A stretch of 63,716 nt of DNA, filler included, from Intoshia linei (Eukaryota > Animalia > Orthonectida): the NCBI GenBank assembly GCA_001642005.1. It is 10 parts of 10 records of this genome, joined end to end, with 100 filler letters (N's around TTAATTAATTAA, not from the genome) between each part and the next. Parts side by side here need not be neighbours in the genome. Positions count along the whole stretch, not along the records: positions 1 to 19,438 come from LWCA01000735.1; positions 19,539 to 36,621 come from LWCA01000814.1; 8 more parts are not named here. One strand, written 5' to 3'. The translations under genes were made by a program, and so were the position numbers. The notes under the pieces are model-generated. The model was not told the DNA's origin. It searched no databases and saw only the letters and a list, made by a program, of their open reading frames with translations. Of the stretch, positions 13,901 to 26,300 are shown one piece after another (position 1 is the first letter of the stretch; each line of letters opens with the position of its first letter).

Positions 13901-16900
13901 CCAGTGGCTCACAGAATAATTTTGGTGGCCCTTTGGTAAATATGTAAATTATTCATATTAAAAATTTTTCAACTTTTAAACATTTTCGCTCGGCAGAGCT
14001 ACCTCCTCTTTTTTACAAAGTACATAACAGTCAAGGTAAGTCACTTTCTATAAGTAAGTAGATGGGAATTCCCTCCATTTTTAATAATTGTATTTATTTT
14101 ATTTTGATTTTATAGGTTGCGGCATCTCAAAAACATGAAATTAAATTAAAATTTCAATTATTAATTAGACTAGCATTATTTCTATTGGATTACCATGATA
14201 ATATGGAAATATTTAATTTTTCTGATGTCACTATCCTGGATTGTATTTTGAAAGATATACTGAAGTATTATACACATCAGAATGGAATAAACGGCGAAAG
14301 AAACACCAATGAAACTGGAATTAATCAAAAATGTCAAAATAAAAGTAAATTTACAAAGTTTTAATATTATGAGTATAAACCAGTGGTTCTCAAGGGGGTC
14401 CATGTGGACCCCTTAGTGGTCCACATAAAATGTTTGGGGTCTACAGGAGAAATTACACATCTAGGTAGCGTACGACTAAGATTGTTTTATAAAATGGGGT
14501 CCACTAATAACATAAAATAGGTAAAGGGTCCATGTACTGAAAAAGGTTGAGAACCACTGGTATAAACAATGGATTAAACATAATTAACGTTTTTTCTAAA
14601 GTTTCTCCGATTTTAATTTTTTTATGAAAAAAATATCAAATTGTTTCCTTTTATATCTTGTATAAATCAAAGTGGAATAATACACGATAATAATTTCGTT
14701 TTGCTCGAAAATTAATTTGAATTGAGTTAATTATAAAAATAAAATGGAAACTGCTGAAATCTTATTCAACAATTTCATTTTTTCCAAACATTGTCAGTTT
14801 TGACTACTAGCTACACCCTACCTACCCAAAAAGATATTTTTTAAAGTGTATATTAAAATTTATTAACTTTTTAGATTACTTTAAAAATTATGGATTTGAT
14901 AGTTTGTATGATACGAATAACAGATTGGATGCATTCACAGAAAATAAACCACTGTTTGGTTTTGTAAAATCAATCGAATTTTTAATTTCATTTATTGAAA
15001 ACTGTAAACCTTGTCAAACATTTTATTTCATGACAAACATGTTTGAAATTATAGTAATTTTTTTTTAATATAATGTTTATTTTAGGATTTTTTGGTGGAA
15101 TATAATGATATGAATTGTATACTATTAAACCGATGCATTTTACAGGTAAAAGTATCATTAAAACGTTTAAACGAGTATTTCTCAACCAATTGGTCAGTAA
15201 TATTGACAATTTTAAGTTTATTCAGAAAAAAATTGAAAAGTAGCTACAGGTATATACCATTTCACAGAGGGTCACTTAAATCAATTTTTTTTGTACAGAA
15301 GCAACTTTTTTTCTTTAATTTGCAACTTTCCTTGCAAAATCTTATATAGTAAATATTTTCAGTAAGCATTTAGCAAATTTTTAAATTTTTACTATTTTGT
15401 ATTTTTTTATTTCTAACGATTCAAATTTTTTTGATTTCTCCAAGTTCAACCAATGTTAGAAAGATTGAGAAGTATTGTTATAGACAATTCTTTAGAGTGT
15501 TTATAGTTATATGAAATAATTAGATTTTGTCTTATAGAAAACAAGAATTTGTAGAATTATCTGTAGAATCTTGCATTAAACGTATCCTACCAAAAATATC
15601 ACAGTAATGTTAATTAAAATTTTAAATAATATTTCATTTAGAAATTTTGAATCTTTTCCAAAAACTTTTCTGGTTCATTTTAGTAGTCTGATTAAATTAA
15701 TGGTTCCAATATTTTGGGGTATTACTCAACATTTATTGTCAAATAATGTCAAATTGCAACAATTATTAGAGGGTGATCTTAAACGCTATGTAATTTTTCC
15801 TTATTTAAAAAAATTAAATGTTGAATTGATTCAGTGCCTTAATACCCTTGCCACAGTAAAAAAATTTATTAATAAAATTTAGATTTCAAAATTTTGTAAA
15901 TTTTTAATGTTAAACCTGATAAAATTATTTGTAAAAAAATCAAAATGTGTCGCTAATCGCGACACACACTATTTTGACCAAGACTAATAATTAACTATTA
16001 ATGATGGATGGAGTCGATTTTTTTACAATTCTATGCTTAAGATTATAATTAAAATTCTTATTACCTAAACATTTCTTTTTCTTTTTATAATTATAGTCGT
16101 TTTAATGGGTTCCAAAACTTGACGTTGAGACTATTACTACTTTGATTTTTATTGTTAATTTTAATGTAATTAAACATAGATTCAATTTATTGAAAATGAT
16201 TATAATGAATACAATGGTAATGGAGACGTAACACTGATTGAGTCGAATTGTGAGATTTCTAAAATTGATAATATTCTTAAATACATTGAAATTTATTTAT
16301 GTGAGGTATTTTTAACTTTTAACTTTTAATTCAAAAAAAATAAAAAATAGATACTTGTAGTTTTATGGTAAAACGTTTTTTATTCTTTTTCTTGTGATTT
16401 TGATGCATTTTTAATTGTTTTTTTCTGTAATAATTAGGGATTTTTATCAATTTTTGTTTTTAGATTTATTTGTACAATAAAATGAAAAATGAAATATGCT
16501 TGGTTGTCGATTATCTTATATATTTTACGTAATTTTTTAAATATATTTCAATGTACGTTGATTTTATTAGCGTGTTTAATGGGTTAACAATTTAAACTTG
16601 AATTAACGTGGATAGAATACGTTTTTATAAACAATTAATTAAAATAATATTAAAAATAAAGTAAAAACTGTCCAATCCTAAAAATTGTCATAAATAGCAT
16701 AAATTCCAGAAAAAATAAAATTAAAAAAACCTATTTTATCATTTTCAATGTGATAATATATATTCAGTACGAATTTAATTAAATACTTAAAAATACCAAT
16801 TATGTATCAATAATTAACGGAATTTTCATTTTATTTCAGACGAATTTTACCAATATTGCAAAAAGATTGTAATAAACATAAAAATAATAATAACAAAGTT

Positions 16901-18854
16901 GTATTACTTTTAGTTTCGTTGTTGTAGTTTAAATTTGAACAATATGTTTTAAAAATGAGAATTTGAAATTTAAAAATTGCGAAGCAATGAATTATATAGA
17001 TTTTCACCCATATTTCTTTATTGGAAATGTGTAGACATTCACTGCACATTTTTTTTGAAATTGTAGGTTCAATAGTTACATTTTCAATTTTTATTTTAAT
17101 CGAAATATTAGAAAAATATTGGTTGATAATATATTTAAAATTATTTTTCACCGGGAATACGTCGATTTCTAGTATTGAAATTTTGCATTTATATCAATTG
17201 GAATAAGCTCTATCAGAATAATTTTTTTTTTAATTTTCAGACCGTTAATTATTTCACATTTTTTGTTGTTAATAAAATATTTCGTGATAAAAATATATCA
17301 ATACTAAAATTATTTTTTGACCGTGAAGTCGTCACTTATTCAGATTGAAATTTTTTGTGTGTGTTAACAGGATACAACTGTACCACATATAAATTTTTTT
17401 AAATTATAGGGCTGTTTTCATAAAAAGTAAGAGAGAGTAATTTGTGGTTTTGGCCCTGAAGATATAATTTTTTTAAACTTAAATTTATGGTAATGTTTAT
17501 GATTTTAAAATCCATATCAGCGTATATATTTTTTTAAATTCTTCAACTCGTTTGATTTTCAAAAAGAGGGACAACTGGGGTTTTTAGCCAGTAAGATGTG
17601 AAATTGGGAGGTTGATATTTATCACGTGACGTCACGGAAACAACTGTAATTGAAATGTGGTTTTTAAAAAATTCTAAGACTGGTAGTTATTTCAATAAAG
17701 TAGAACACACACACAAACAAAGATTGCGTATCATTATTATATAAGTAAGGATTGGCGAAAATTTTAAAGCTTTATTAAATTTTTGGATTCAGAGTAACTT
17801 TGAATGAAATTAATTCTTTTTTTTAACATTTTATACGTTTATTAATATTTTAGATTTTTGTATGATTTCGTCATTCAAGAAAAAATTAAATTTGTAGAAA
17901 AGATTAATAAATTGAACTCTGTACCTGGTAATATACTACTAAATTCAAAATATTTTTTATTTTTTTATATTTTGCGATTTTAGACGATTATATTAATTAT
18001 GCGGATTTATATGTCAATCGAATTAAACAATACATGTTTTATGCATATTTATTGGTAACTTAATTTGACAATACGGAATCGTTGATATAAATTACACCTT
18101 TTTCTAAAAAGGGTGTGCTTTACATTTTACTTTTGTATACCTTGGTCGCCTTGTTCAAATAGTATTTTTCAAAAACCCAAAAAAGTGAAATATGGCGTTA
18201 ATATCCATGTATTTCTCTTAAAGATTAATAATCCTCACATTTTGTGTGTCTGAGTGAGCCATAGAGCAAATTATTAAACATTTTAAAATTCCTGTTTGAT
18301 TTGAATTTTTGATTTTTTTTTATCGAATGTGTGCTTTATTCCGACAAATACCATATTTAACTAAAAATGTTTAGATACTGAATGTATTTGATTATTTGCA
18401 AATGATTTGGTATCCGACTCAGTCTGAAGAGGAAAAACTTGCAGTCTATTGCAAGAAAATGAAACTATTCAAATATAGTTTTAAACGCTTTAAACTGTTC
18501 AACGAATACATTAAATACAAAATTAATGTCAAAAATGACACTAAAACAATATTTTATAATATCCACCTAAAATGCTACTTTTGTTTAAATAAAGTAGTAT
18601 TTTATTTGGAAAAATTGAAAAAAGTTAATGTGAAATTATACGATAAAGTAAAGTATATTTAATTATTTTCATAATTTATTTAGATTTCTACTTGCAATAA
18701 AACCTTACTAGAAAACATTGGCTGTTTAAGTATATTTGAAAAACATAATTCAAAAAAAATGGTAATTTTTTAAAATTTAATTTTTAATTATACTTAGAAA
18801 ATCAACATTCAATCATCAAATGTACCTTATTTCCCAATTATATATTTTAAATAA
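10990..18854 (+). CDS. NAA35: N-alpha-acetyltransferase 35 (NatC auxiliary subunit, MAK10), divergent, multi-exon
   Basis: Spliced exons (10990-11081, 11131-11245, 11287-11361, 13446-13613, 13658-13750, 14117-14344, 14875-15053, 15087-15145 ... 18375-, 18798-18854) give CCKSL..LDPGII..NREI, CISALATWWSGRSL, VDEEEV, YGFDSL, DFLVEYNDMNCILLNRCILQ and C-terminal PYFPII. These are colinear with Mak10 motifs (TWLEGHSL, EEEDF, GFEPL, CVLSRSLLQ, KYFPVV). Not all middle exons were traced. Confidence 0.75.
11388..11780. mobile_element. hAT-type MITE
   Basis: TIR CAGAGCC...GGCTCTG; perfect 8-bp TSD CATATTTG. Confidence 0.8.
11960..12370. repeat. Minisatellite-like array (~35-bp subunits, GGTAAAATTGAATTTTT/GGATTAAA..GATTTTT) inside a TE; related inverted copy at about 51270-51530
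   Basis: Visible tandem degenerate units with a higher-order period of about 105 bp. Confidence 0.65.
12466..13182. mobile_element. hAT (Buster/Charlie-like) MITE nested in another hAT MITE
   Basis: TIR CAGCCATTCTCAAC...GTTGAGAATGCCTG; TSD GTTTAGGC/GTCTAAGC. The flanking GGGATAAAA..ATCTGGCAATTCTG belongs to the interrupted element. Confidence 0.7.
14381..14559. mobile_element. hAT (Buster/Charlie-like) MITE
   Basis: TIR CAGTGGTTCTCAA...TTGAGAACCACTG; perfect TSD GTATAAAC. Confidence 0.85.
16630..17751 (-). mobile_element. 3'-truncated Helitron copy in an NAA35 intron
   Basis: Reverse complement of about 4859-5975, with the A|TC 5' end at 17751. Confidence 0.75.
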
Positions 18855-19007
18855 ATTTTTTGTTTTTATATATATTCGTGTATCAATAAGACATTAAAGT
18901 TGAGTTTGAAAAAATATAGAATACAGTCAGACTCGTCAATAATTAATTTTTAATAGTGACTGATTTTTTGTAAAATTTTTCAAATTCATTACTGTGTTAC
19001 TCATTAC

Positions 19008-19438
19008 TATTAGGTCGTTTTTTTTAACAAAATTAAAAAGTTTATTTGATTACATTAAAAATAAAGTTGTATTATAAAATATTCACCATTGCTTTCCAGT
19101 CTTTTTCCAATATTCCGGTAGTTTATTTATACCATTAGCATAAAAATTCGCTTCTTTATTGGACAAAAACTTTTCTATGTCCAATTTTAACCCTTCATTT
19201 GAAATGTATTTTTTATCATAGTAATGGTTACTCATAGCTTTAAATAGGTAATAATCAGATGGTGCTAAGTCTGGTGAATACGGTGGATGTGGTAATACTT
19301 CAAATTTTAACTCCTTAGAAGATAAGAGGTTTTTTTAGAAGTGTGAGGTCTAGCATTGTGTTGTAGAATAATATTGCCCTTACAAAACTTTAGTAGTCTT
19401 TTCAGGTAAATATTGTGATTTAATTTTTCTAATTGTTC
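19008..19438 (-). mobile_element. mariner transposase 3' remnant
   Basis: Minus strand reads ...NARPHT...FEVLPHPPYSPDLAPSDYYLFKAM...FYANGINKLPEYW. TATTAGGT-type end near 19008; cut by the gap. Confidence 0.85.
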
Positions 19439-19538
19439 NNNNNNNNNNNNNNNNNNNNNNNNNNNNNNNNNNNNNNNNNNNNTTAATTAATTAANNNNNN
19501 NNNNNNNNNNNNNNNNNNNNNNNNNNNNNNNNNNNNNN
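19439..19538. other. Artificial contig linker; same linker at 36622, 38123, 39522, 41307, 48588, 54447, 57967 and 62582
   Basis: 44 N + TTAATTAATTAA (stops in all six frames) + 44 N, identical 100-bp structure each time. Confidence 0.95.
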
Positions 19539-19697
19539 TAAAAATATAATATAATATATTTATAGTATTTCTATTTGACTATTCTAATTAGTTATTTTTG
19601 TATTATATATAAATTTTGCAGATCTGTCTAAGGGTGCATGCAGTTAATTAAAATTATAATAATACAATTATTATTTTTGATTTGCTACAATGTATAG

Positions 19698-20260
19698 CAG
19701 TCGTGTCAAACTTGCGATCCGCGGGCGCATGCAGCCCATTTCAAATTTAAGTGCGCCCGTCACGACTTCGTACTATGTATGTATAATATACATAAATATA
19801 TACTATATTATTAATACAAATAATATATTAATATATGCTGGAATATTTATATTATTAAATATTCCCAAATTAATTGTGTATCATCATTATTAGACCTAAA
19901 CTGCGAGAAGATCACATTTACATCAACGATATAATAAAAATAATGCTTATTAATTAGAGATAATTAACACTAACTTCAAAATTTGAAAAATTGCGTGCAA
20001 GTCATATCAAATATTAAATTTTAGTTTTATCAATCCAACGGTAATTTTAAAAAATCAATGCTTCACCACAGATACAGAACCATGCAAAAAAATATATAAT
20101 TTATTATCACATATTATTATCGAATTATCACAAAATAATTAATAATTAAATCATTGTGTAATACACAATGATCTCGATTCATATTATAATGGTTTCCAAA
20201 GATTATGCTCGAAAAATTTTTATGATGCGGCCTGCCGCGTATTTGAGTTTGACATGACTG
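19698..20260. mobile_element. hAT MITE
   Basis: TIR CAGTCGTGTCAAACT...AGTTTGACATGACTG; TSD ATGTATAG/ATGTATAA. Confidence 0.8.
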
Positions 20261-20326
20261 ATGTATAATATACATTTACCATTTACATTTACATGTTAGT
20301 AATATATTTAGTTGTAATATATTTAC

Positions 20327-23300
20327 CATTAGATTTTTCGTCTTTTTTCATATTTTTAATTTGTAAACTAAATTTATTATTATAACATAGTTGTGTAACG
20401 AATAAAGGTTGAGAATCCTAGGTAAGGATTGTACAATAGTCGTAATGACACCGGTTTGCCGATTTCATATGTTTAAAATATATGAATTAACGAATATTTT
20501 ATCGATTTTCACTTACATATGAAGTTTTTTTTGGTCAAATTCGTCTTTATCTTCAATTAGCAAATTAGTTTCAGTTATATCCTGTTTATTCAACATATCC
20601 ATTTGTTTGTCCATTTCTTTATCTAAGTCCTCAAAATTCTAAAGTACTAATTCATACCTTATTATTAACAGTATTATATTATTGTTGTTAAAAATTGTAT
20701 ATTATACAATTATTATAGTACCACTACAATTTAAAAAAACATACATTCTGCGACGCAGTGATTACCGTGTATTTTTTAAAATTACAAGCATTATCATAAA
20801 TGGCACCTCAAAAAACTTTTAATCATATCAATTTAAATCTCATATCTCAATTTGAATTTTAATCTCATAAAGTGACGCCTTTATGATTAAAAAAATACTT
20901 TAGTATTTATTTTTTATTTTGTAACTACTTTTTACTATTTATTTGGTAATTAATTTTTGTATTTGTATTTTATTAAAACAAACAATTTGAAATTATAAAT
21001 AAAACGATTAAAAATCTGATACAGCTTATCCCATTTGATATAGACACAAAATTTTAACCCTAAAAATCTCGCATTCCCAATGAAAAATAACTTTTATATT
21101 TTAACTACCAATATTTTTGAAATGTTTTGATTAACATTAAAATTAATATAAAATTAATAATTTCAACCTCATAAATCAGTTTGTTTTCTTTTTTATTTTC
21201 AGCATCAGTTAATTCTTGAGCATTTGCTAAGTTATCTACAGCAATAGCCAAAAATACATTTAAAAGTGTATCTAAAAGTATCATTAAGCAATTTTTAATA
21301 TATATTTACAGTTTCCTACAATCACCAATACAACAAAATATAAACTATATATTGTGCCACCGCTTTCGATACCACCCTGTGATCGGACTCCATTATACAT
21401 AATTTCATTCCAATCTTCCAATCCTATTATCTTAAAAATGACTTTGCAATTTTATATTAAATTAATACTTGAAAAACGGTCAATAAGGAAACTATGAACG
21501 TGTCAAAATTTGCAGCCGGTTTACCTTCTGGGAAATTCCAACTATATTAATAATATCAATGTATTTTGAATATACAAACCTGCCGCCAAAAAGTTGCATT
21601 CCCAATAATGCAAATATTAACATACACAAAAATAACAGAAACAGTAAACTAATAATTGACCGCATACTGTTCAATAGTGAAATAACTAGATTGCGTAGAG
21701 AAGCCCAATATCTAAAACTTATGTATATTTGAGTGTTTAACAATTACCTTGTTATTTTAAAAACTCGAAGCAATCGTATAGCCCTAAGAACACTAATTCC
21801 GAACGAAGATTCAGTATCAAAAGAAGACCAAATTATTTCAATGACACTGCCGAATATAACCTACATACGTGAATATAATTAATGTATATACAATGTAGCA
21901 ATGATAGACGATGTAAATATTATTTTATTTCCCAAAATAGTTAATTTTATAATCTTATATGTTATTAACAATATATATAATAACAATATAATATTATTAT
22001 TAATATTGCAAACTTACGAGAATAATTAATACATTATAATCATACCGCACAGTCAAATTTATTAAATGACGACATTAGATATACGGTTGGTTTTAAGCTA
22101 TACATTTTAAGTAATACTTCAAACACAAAACAGGCCAAAAATGCGAATTCTGCATAATCTATAATTAGTTTAAATAAGGACATAAAATAAAAATACGCAA
22201 GAAATCCGATAACCATGGAGGTTGATTATAATGTTCTACGGCAATACAAATAGTATTCAAAAACACTAATATAATAACACACCAATAGAAAAATTGTGAT
22301 TTCACCAATTTCTTTATTTTTAATCTAATAATTTAATTTAATATTTTAATTTTTGATAATTAATATTTAAATTGATAATAATGTATGTTTAATAAATAAT
22401 ATGTTATATGTTTATATAATATTAGTTTATCAATGAAACATTTAGAATAAATTAAATTCCAAAGTCTCAGGATCGATAAATATTTCAAAAAAAATACACC
22501 ATCAATTTGAGAATATGAAGAGACCATACTTTATTATTATATCTTATAATTCATATCAATTATTAAACATTAATTATTGTACAATAATAAAGTCGACAAG
22601 ATACAATATAATATTTAAATATTTGCAAGTTATAATTTACCTAAATCTACGCTCTGACGTATGCAGTCTAGATTTATTTTTTTTATTTGTATCCTTATAT
22701 AATTCTAAAATGTATGACATCAAAAATGTTATATGATTATACAATTATTAATTACTACTACTTTAATAATAAATATAGCTTTTGTGTTATTTGTATTTTT
22801 CATAAATACATTAAAACTATTTGAAAGATTTAGAGTTGATAACACATAGATACTCTAAAGCAGTAGTTCCTAACCTGCACACCGCGGTAAATTGGTGCGA
22901 CATGAGTAGTATTAAGGTGCATCGCAAATATTTTATTTTCTAAAAAAGTTTTTTTTTATTCTATTGTTTTATTTAAAAATTTTTATAAATTAGTTCCAAA
23001 CTTTTATATTGACAATTCTCTGATTAAAATTTTTTAATCTATTATTGATTATAATTATATTCGTGTATATATATTCAAATATTATAATATATTTACTAAT
23101 ATATTTAAATAATAATTTATAATTATAATTTTAATTATATAATAATTTAGTATATTGAATAATATGGTGAACTCCAAAAATATTGATAAATTTCATCCTA
23201 TATCAAAAGTTCTTTACTATATTTAAATTAACCAAATAAAAGTATTTTTGTATTAGTAGAGAAAGTTTTTTACAAATAACCTATAATAATTACACAAATA

Positions 23301-26300
23301 ACATGAAGCTTAATTTTTAGTAACTTTATTAACTTTTAGAAAACATTTTTATATACACTGCAGTGTAGTGATTGTACCCCTGCATAAAAGAGTTTTAAAA
23401 ATTAGAATTTTGATAGCCTGTTAGGTCACGAAGGTCTAGGCTACGGAAGTTCGGTCTGCTTAGGTCTTATAAATAATATTTATCAGATATCTATATTCAA
23501 TATTTTATACCTGTCACTATCGATTAACTGTCACTAATCCAGCGGTTCCCAAATTGGGTACTGGGATATTTAAGGTGCGCCCTGATGTTAAAAATGATAA
23601 AAATCACTGCTCTCAAGTTTTATTATTTTATTAATTTTAGTATTATAAAATTCCAAAGGGATATTACTAGTATCGTCATAGTCGTCGGAAGCGTCATTGC
23701 TTTCTTTGAGTCTTAGGAATTTCATTTTTTTTGTAGTTTTCCTTCTTCGACCTAATATATATAAGTATATACATTATTATTTAAACCTTCAATTATTTTT
23801 TTTTTTTCTGCTAAAGTGGTTCTATCTTCATTTAAAATTACTTCTTCTAAAATTAGTATGTAAAAGAGATATCAAATGATCACATTATTTGAATTATTAT
23901 TTACCTGCTCTGCAAATCCACTCTAAATATCCATTTAATTCTATTTCCATTTGTTTCTGTTTTCTCATTTTATTATATGAACGTTTGTGTTCTACTCTCT
24001 CACGCTCTTTTTGAAATTCTCTATATTTTTTTCAGATATAGTATAATTATTGGATAATTAACTACCCGCTAAGTACACCAAGCACTAGATTTAACAAGAA
24101 GAAAGATCCCAATATGATTATAATTATGTAGTAAAGAAAATTAGCAGAGGTTCCAACCACATTGTTCGTCTATAATGGGACATTAATTACAAAAAATAAA
24201 ATTTTACATTATATAAAATTGTAGTCCATCCTTCCATTGTTATACATTGAAAAACGGTTAACATAGAATAGAATATATTGTCAAAACTTGTTATTCCATA
24301 ATTAGGTCCTCTCCAGTATGGTGTACATTGAGAATTAATTGGGCATATATAACTTCCAGATGCATGTGTACTGGAACATGGAATAAGTATTTCTTTGTTA
24401 TTATAATTAAAATTTCCTGTAATGATATAAATGTATATTTTATAATTTGTATTGTACCCGTTTCAGTGAATCTACAAGCTTTATGGAAAATTCCAGAATA
24501 AAATTCTAATCCAATTATCGCAAAAATCAATATAGCAAATATTACAATAACACCAATTTGAAGTAGTGGAACCATTGCCATAATTATTGACTTTAATACC
24601 ACTTGTAAACCTTTATAATTTTGTAAAATATGTATATATGATATTTGGTAGGTATACAACACAGTAAAAACACTAACTAGGTATTCCTGAAACCAATTTA
24701 AGTGGTCGTAAAACTCGTAATGCTCGAATTATCCGTAAGTTTATCAAACCATTACCATTCGGCAAGAAATAAGTTAAAAATCTGTAATAGGGTATATTAT
24801 AATAATAAAAATTTTATAATGATAATAAATAAATATTCATAAATATTTTTACACTTAAATTTCGTAGATAAATTCGCATATATAAAAATAAAAATATTTG
24901 AATAAAAGCTATCAAAATTTAAAGTAAATTCATATTAATCATTAATTATCAATAAATTTGACAAACATGCAGGATAGTTATAAATTTTGCATTTAAATGC
25001 AAATATTACTTTCAAACCCAGTTACTATACGTAATGGACGCAAAACTCGAATAGCCCTTAAAGCAGCTTGATCAAAATTTGTCATAGACAATGACAATAA
25101 TCTATATAATATTTTAATATATAAATTTGAATTAATTTTAAAATGTCATTTGCACAAAAATATATTTTAATATACTATAATATTATAATATTTATATTTA
25201 AAGATTTTATATAACTTTAATTAATGTATAATAATGAAATTAATGAATACATAATTAATAATTGTCTTATACCAAAAACAATAATACAAAATGTATATGA
25301 TTCATTTATTGCGAGTCAATGAATTTAATCTAATTTTATTTGAACGATAGAATTGATGTTATTATTCACAATGGTTGAACTATTATGGTTCACCATTTAA
25401 CCATTTTCTGGTATGAACACCTTGAAATGTTTTGCACACAATATTAGCTGATTTAAATATTTTTTCATGAATAAATAATATTTTTGTATGAAAATAAGTA
25501 GAAAAATGTAATTAATATTATTACAGGTTATTAGTAATATTTGAACGTACACTGGAAATAATGTTTTGCAGGTACATACAAAGTAAATATGAAGCAATAG
25601 ATACGAGTCGTATCATATGAAAAAAATAAGAATTAAATTTAATTAATTTATCTTCCGTTGATGTTTTATTTGCTTAATTTTGGTATGCGATAAATAATTA
25701 TTTATAGATAATCATCTAATTACCCAGTTAAAACGACAATGAAGTCCATTATATTCCAAAAATTTCTTAAATAACCGTTTGGTGTTATTAGAAAACCATA
25801 TGCAATAACTTTCAGAATAAATTCTACGCAAAATATACTCAAAAAATATATTTCCGTATCCTCCTAAAAATAATATTATAATAATGTAATAACCCCAACT
25901 ATTTTATAAATTATAATATTTTATAATATAATATAAATTAAAAATTTCAAATAATTTAACCGTTTAATCAACATACTGCAGGCATAATTACGTTTTGTAA
26001 AATTTTGTTTCATAAAAATATGAAGACTGAAGTGTATTTTAAATTTAGTAAAAAAGTTTTGCTTATTTCAAAACTACAGCATATTAAATAAATAAAAAAT
26101 ACCAATTTTGTGGATAGCACAGTTTTATCACCATTAGGTAAATGCATCTCCATTCCTAACACAAAACAGTTTGCTATAATTGTTAGCAAAATCATATATT
26201 CGAAGGGATTGAATCATTAAGGATATAATATAATAATGTTTTAGCTTTTAAACAGGCATGGCATAAACCAGTAACTTAAAAAATTTGAGCACGCATAGTA

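Noticed and set aside
16831-17206. Short ORFs within the dispersed repeat (also 8194, 10348, 54495)
   Set aside because: Chance ORFs in non-coding Helitron copies; the frames are not preserved among copies.
19483-19494. Recurring TTAATTAATTAA palindrome
   Set aside because: Always centred in identical N-runs, so it is an artificial six-frame stop linker. ORFs ending in X...LIN are artefacts.
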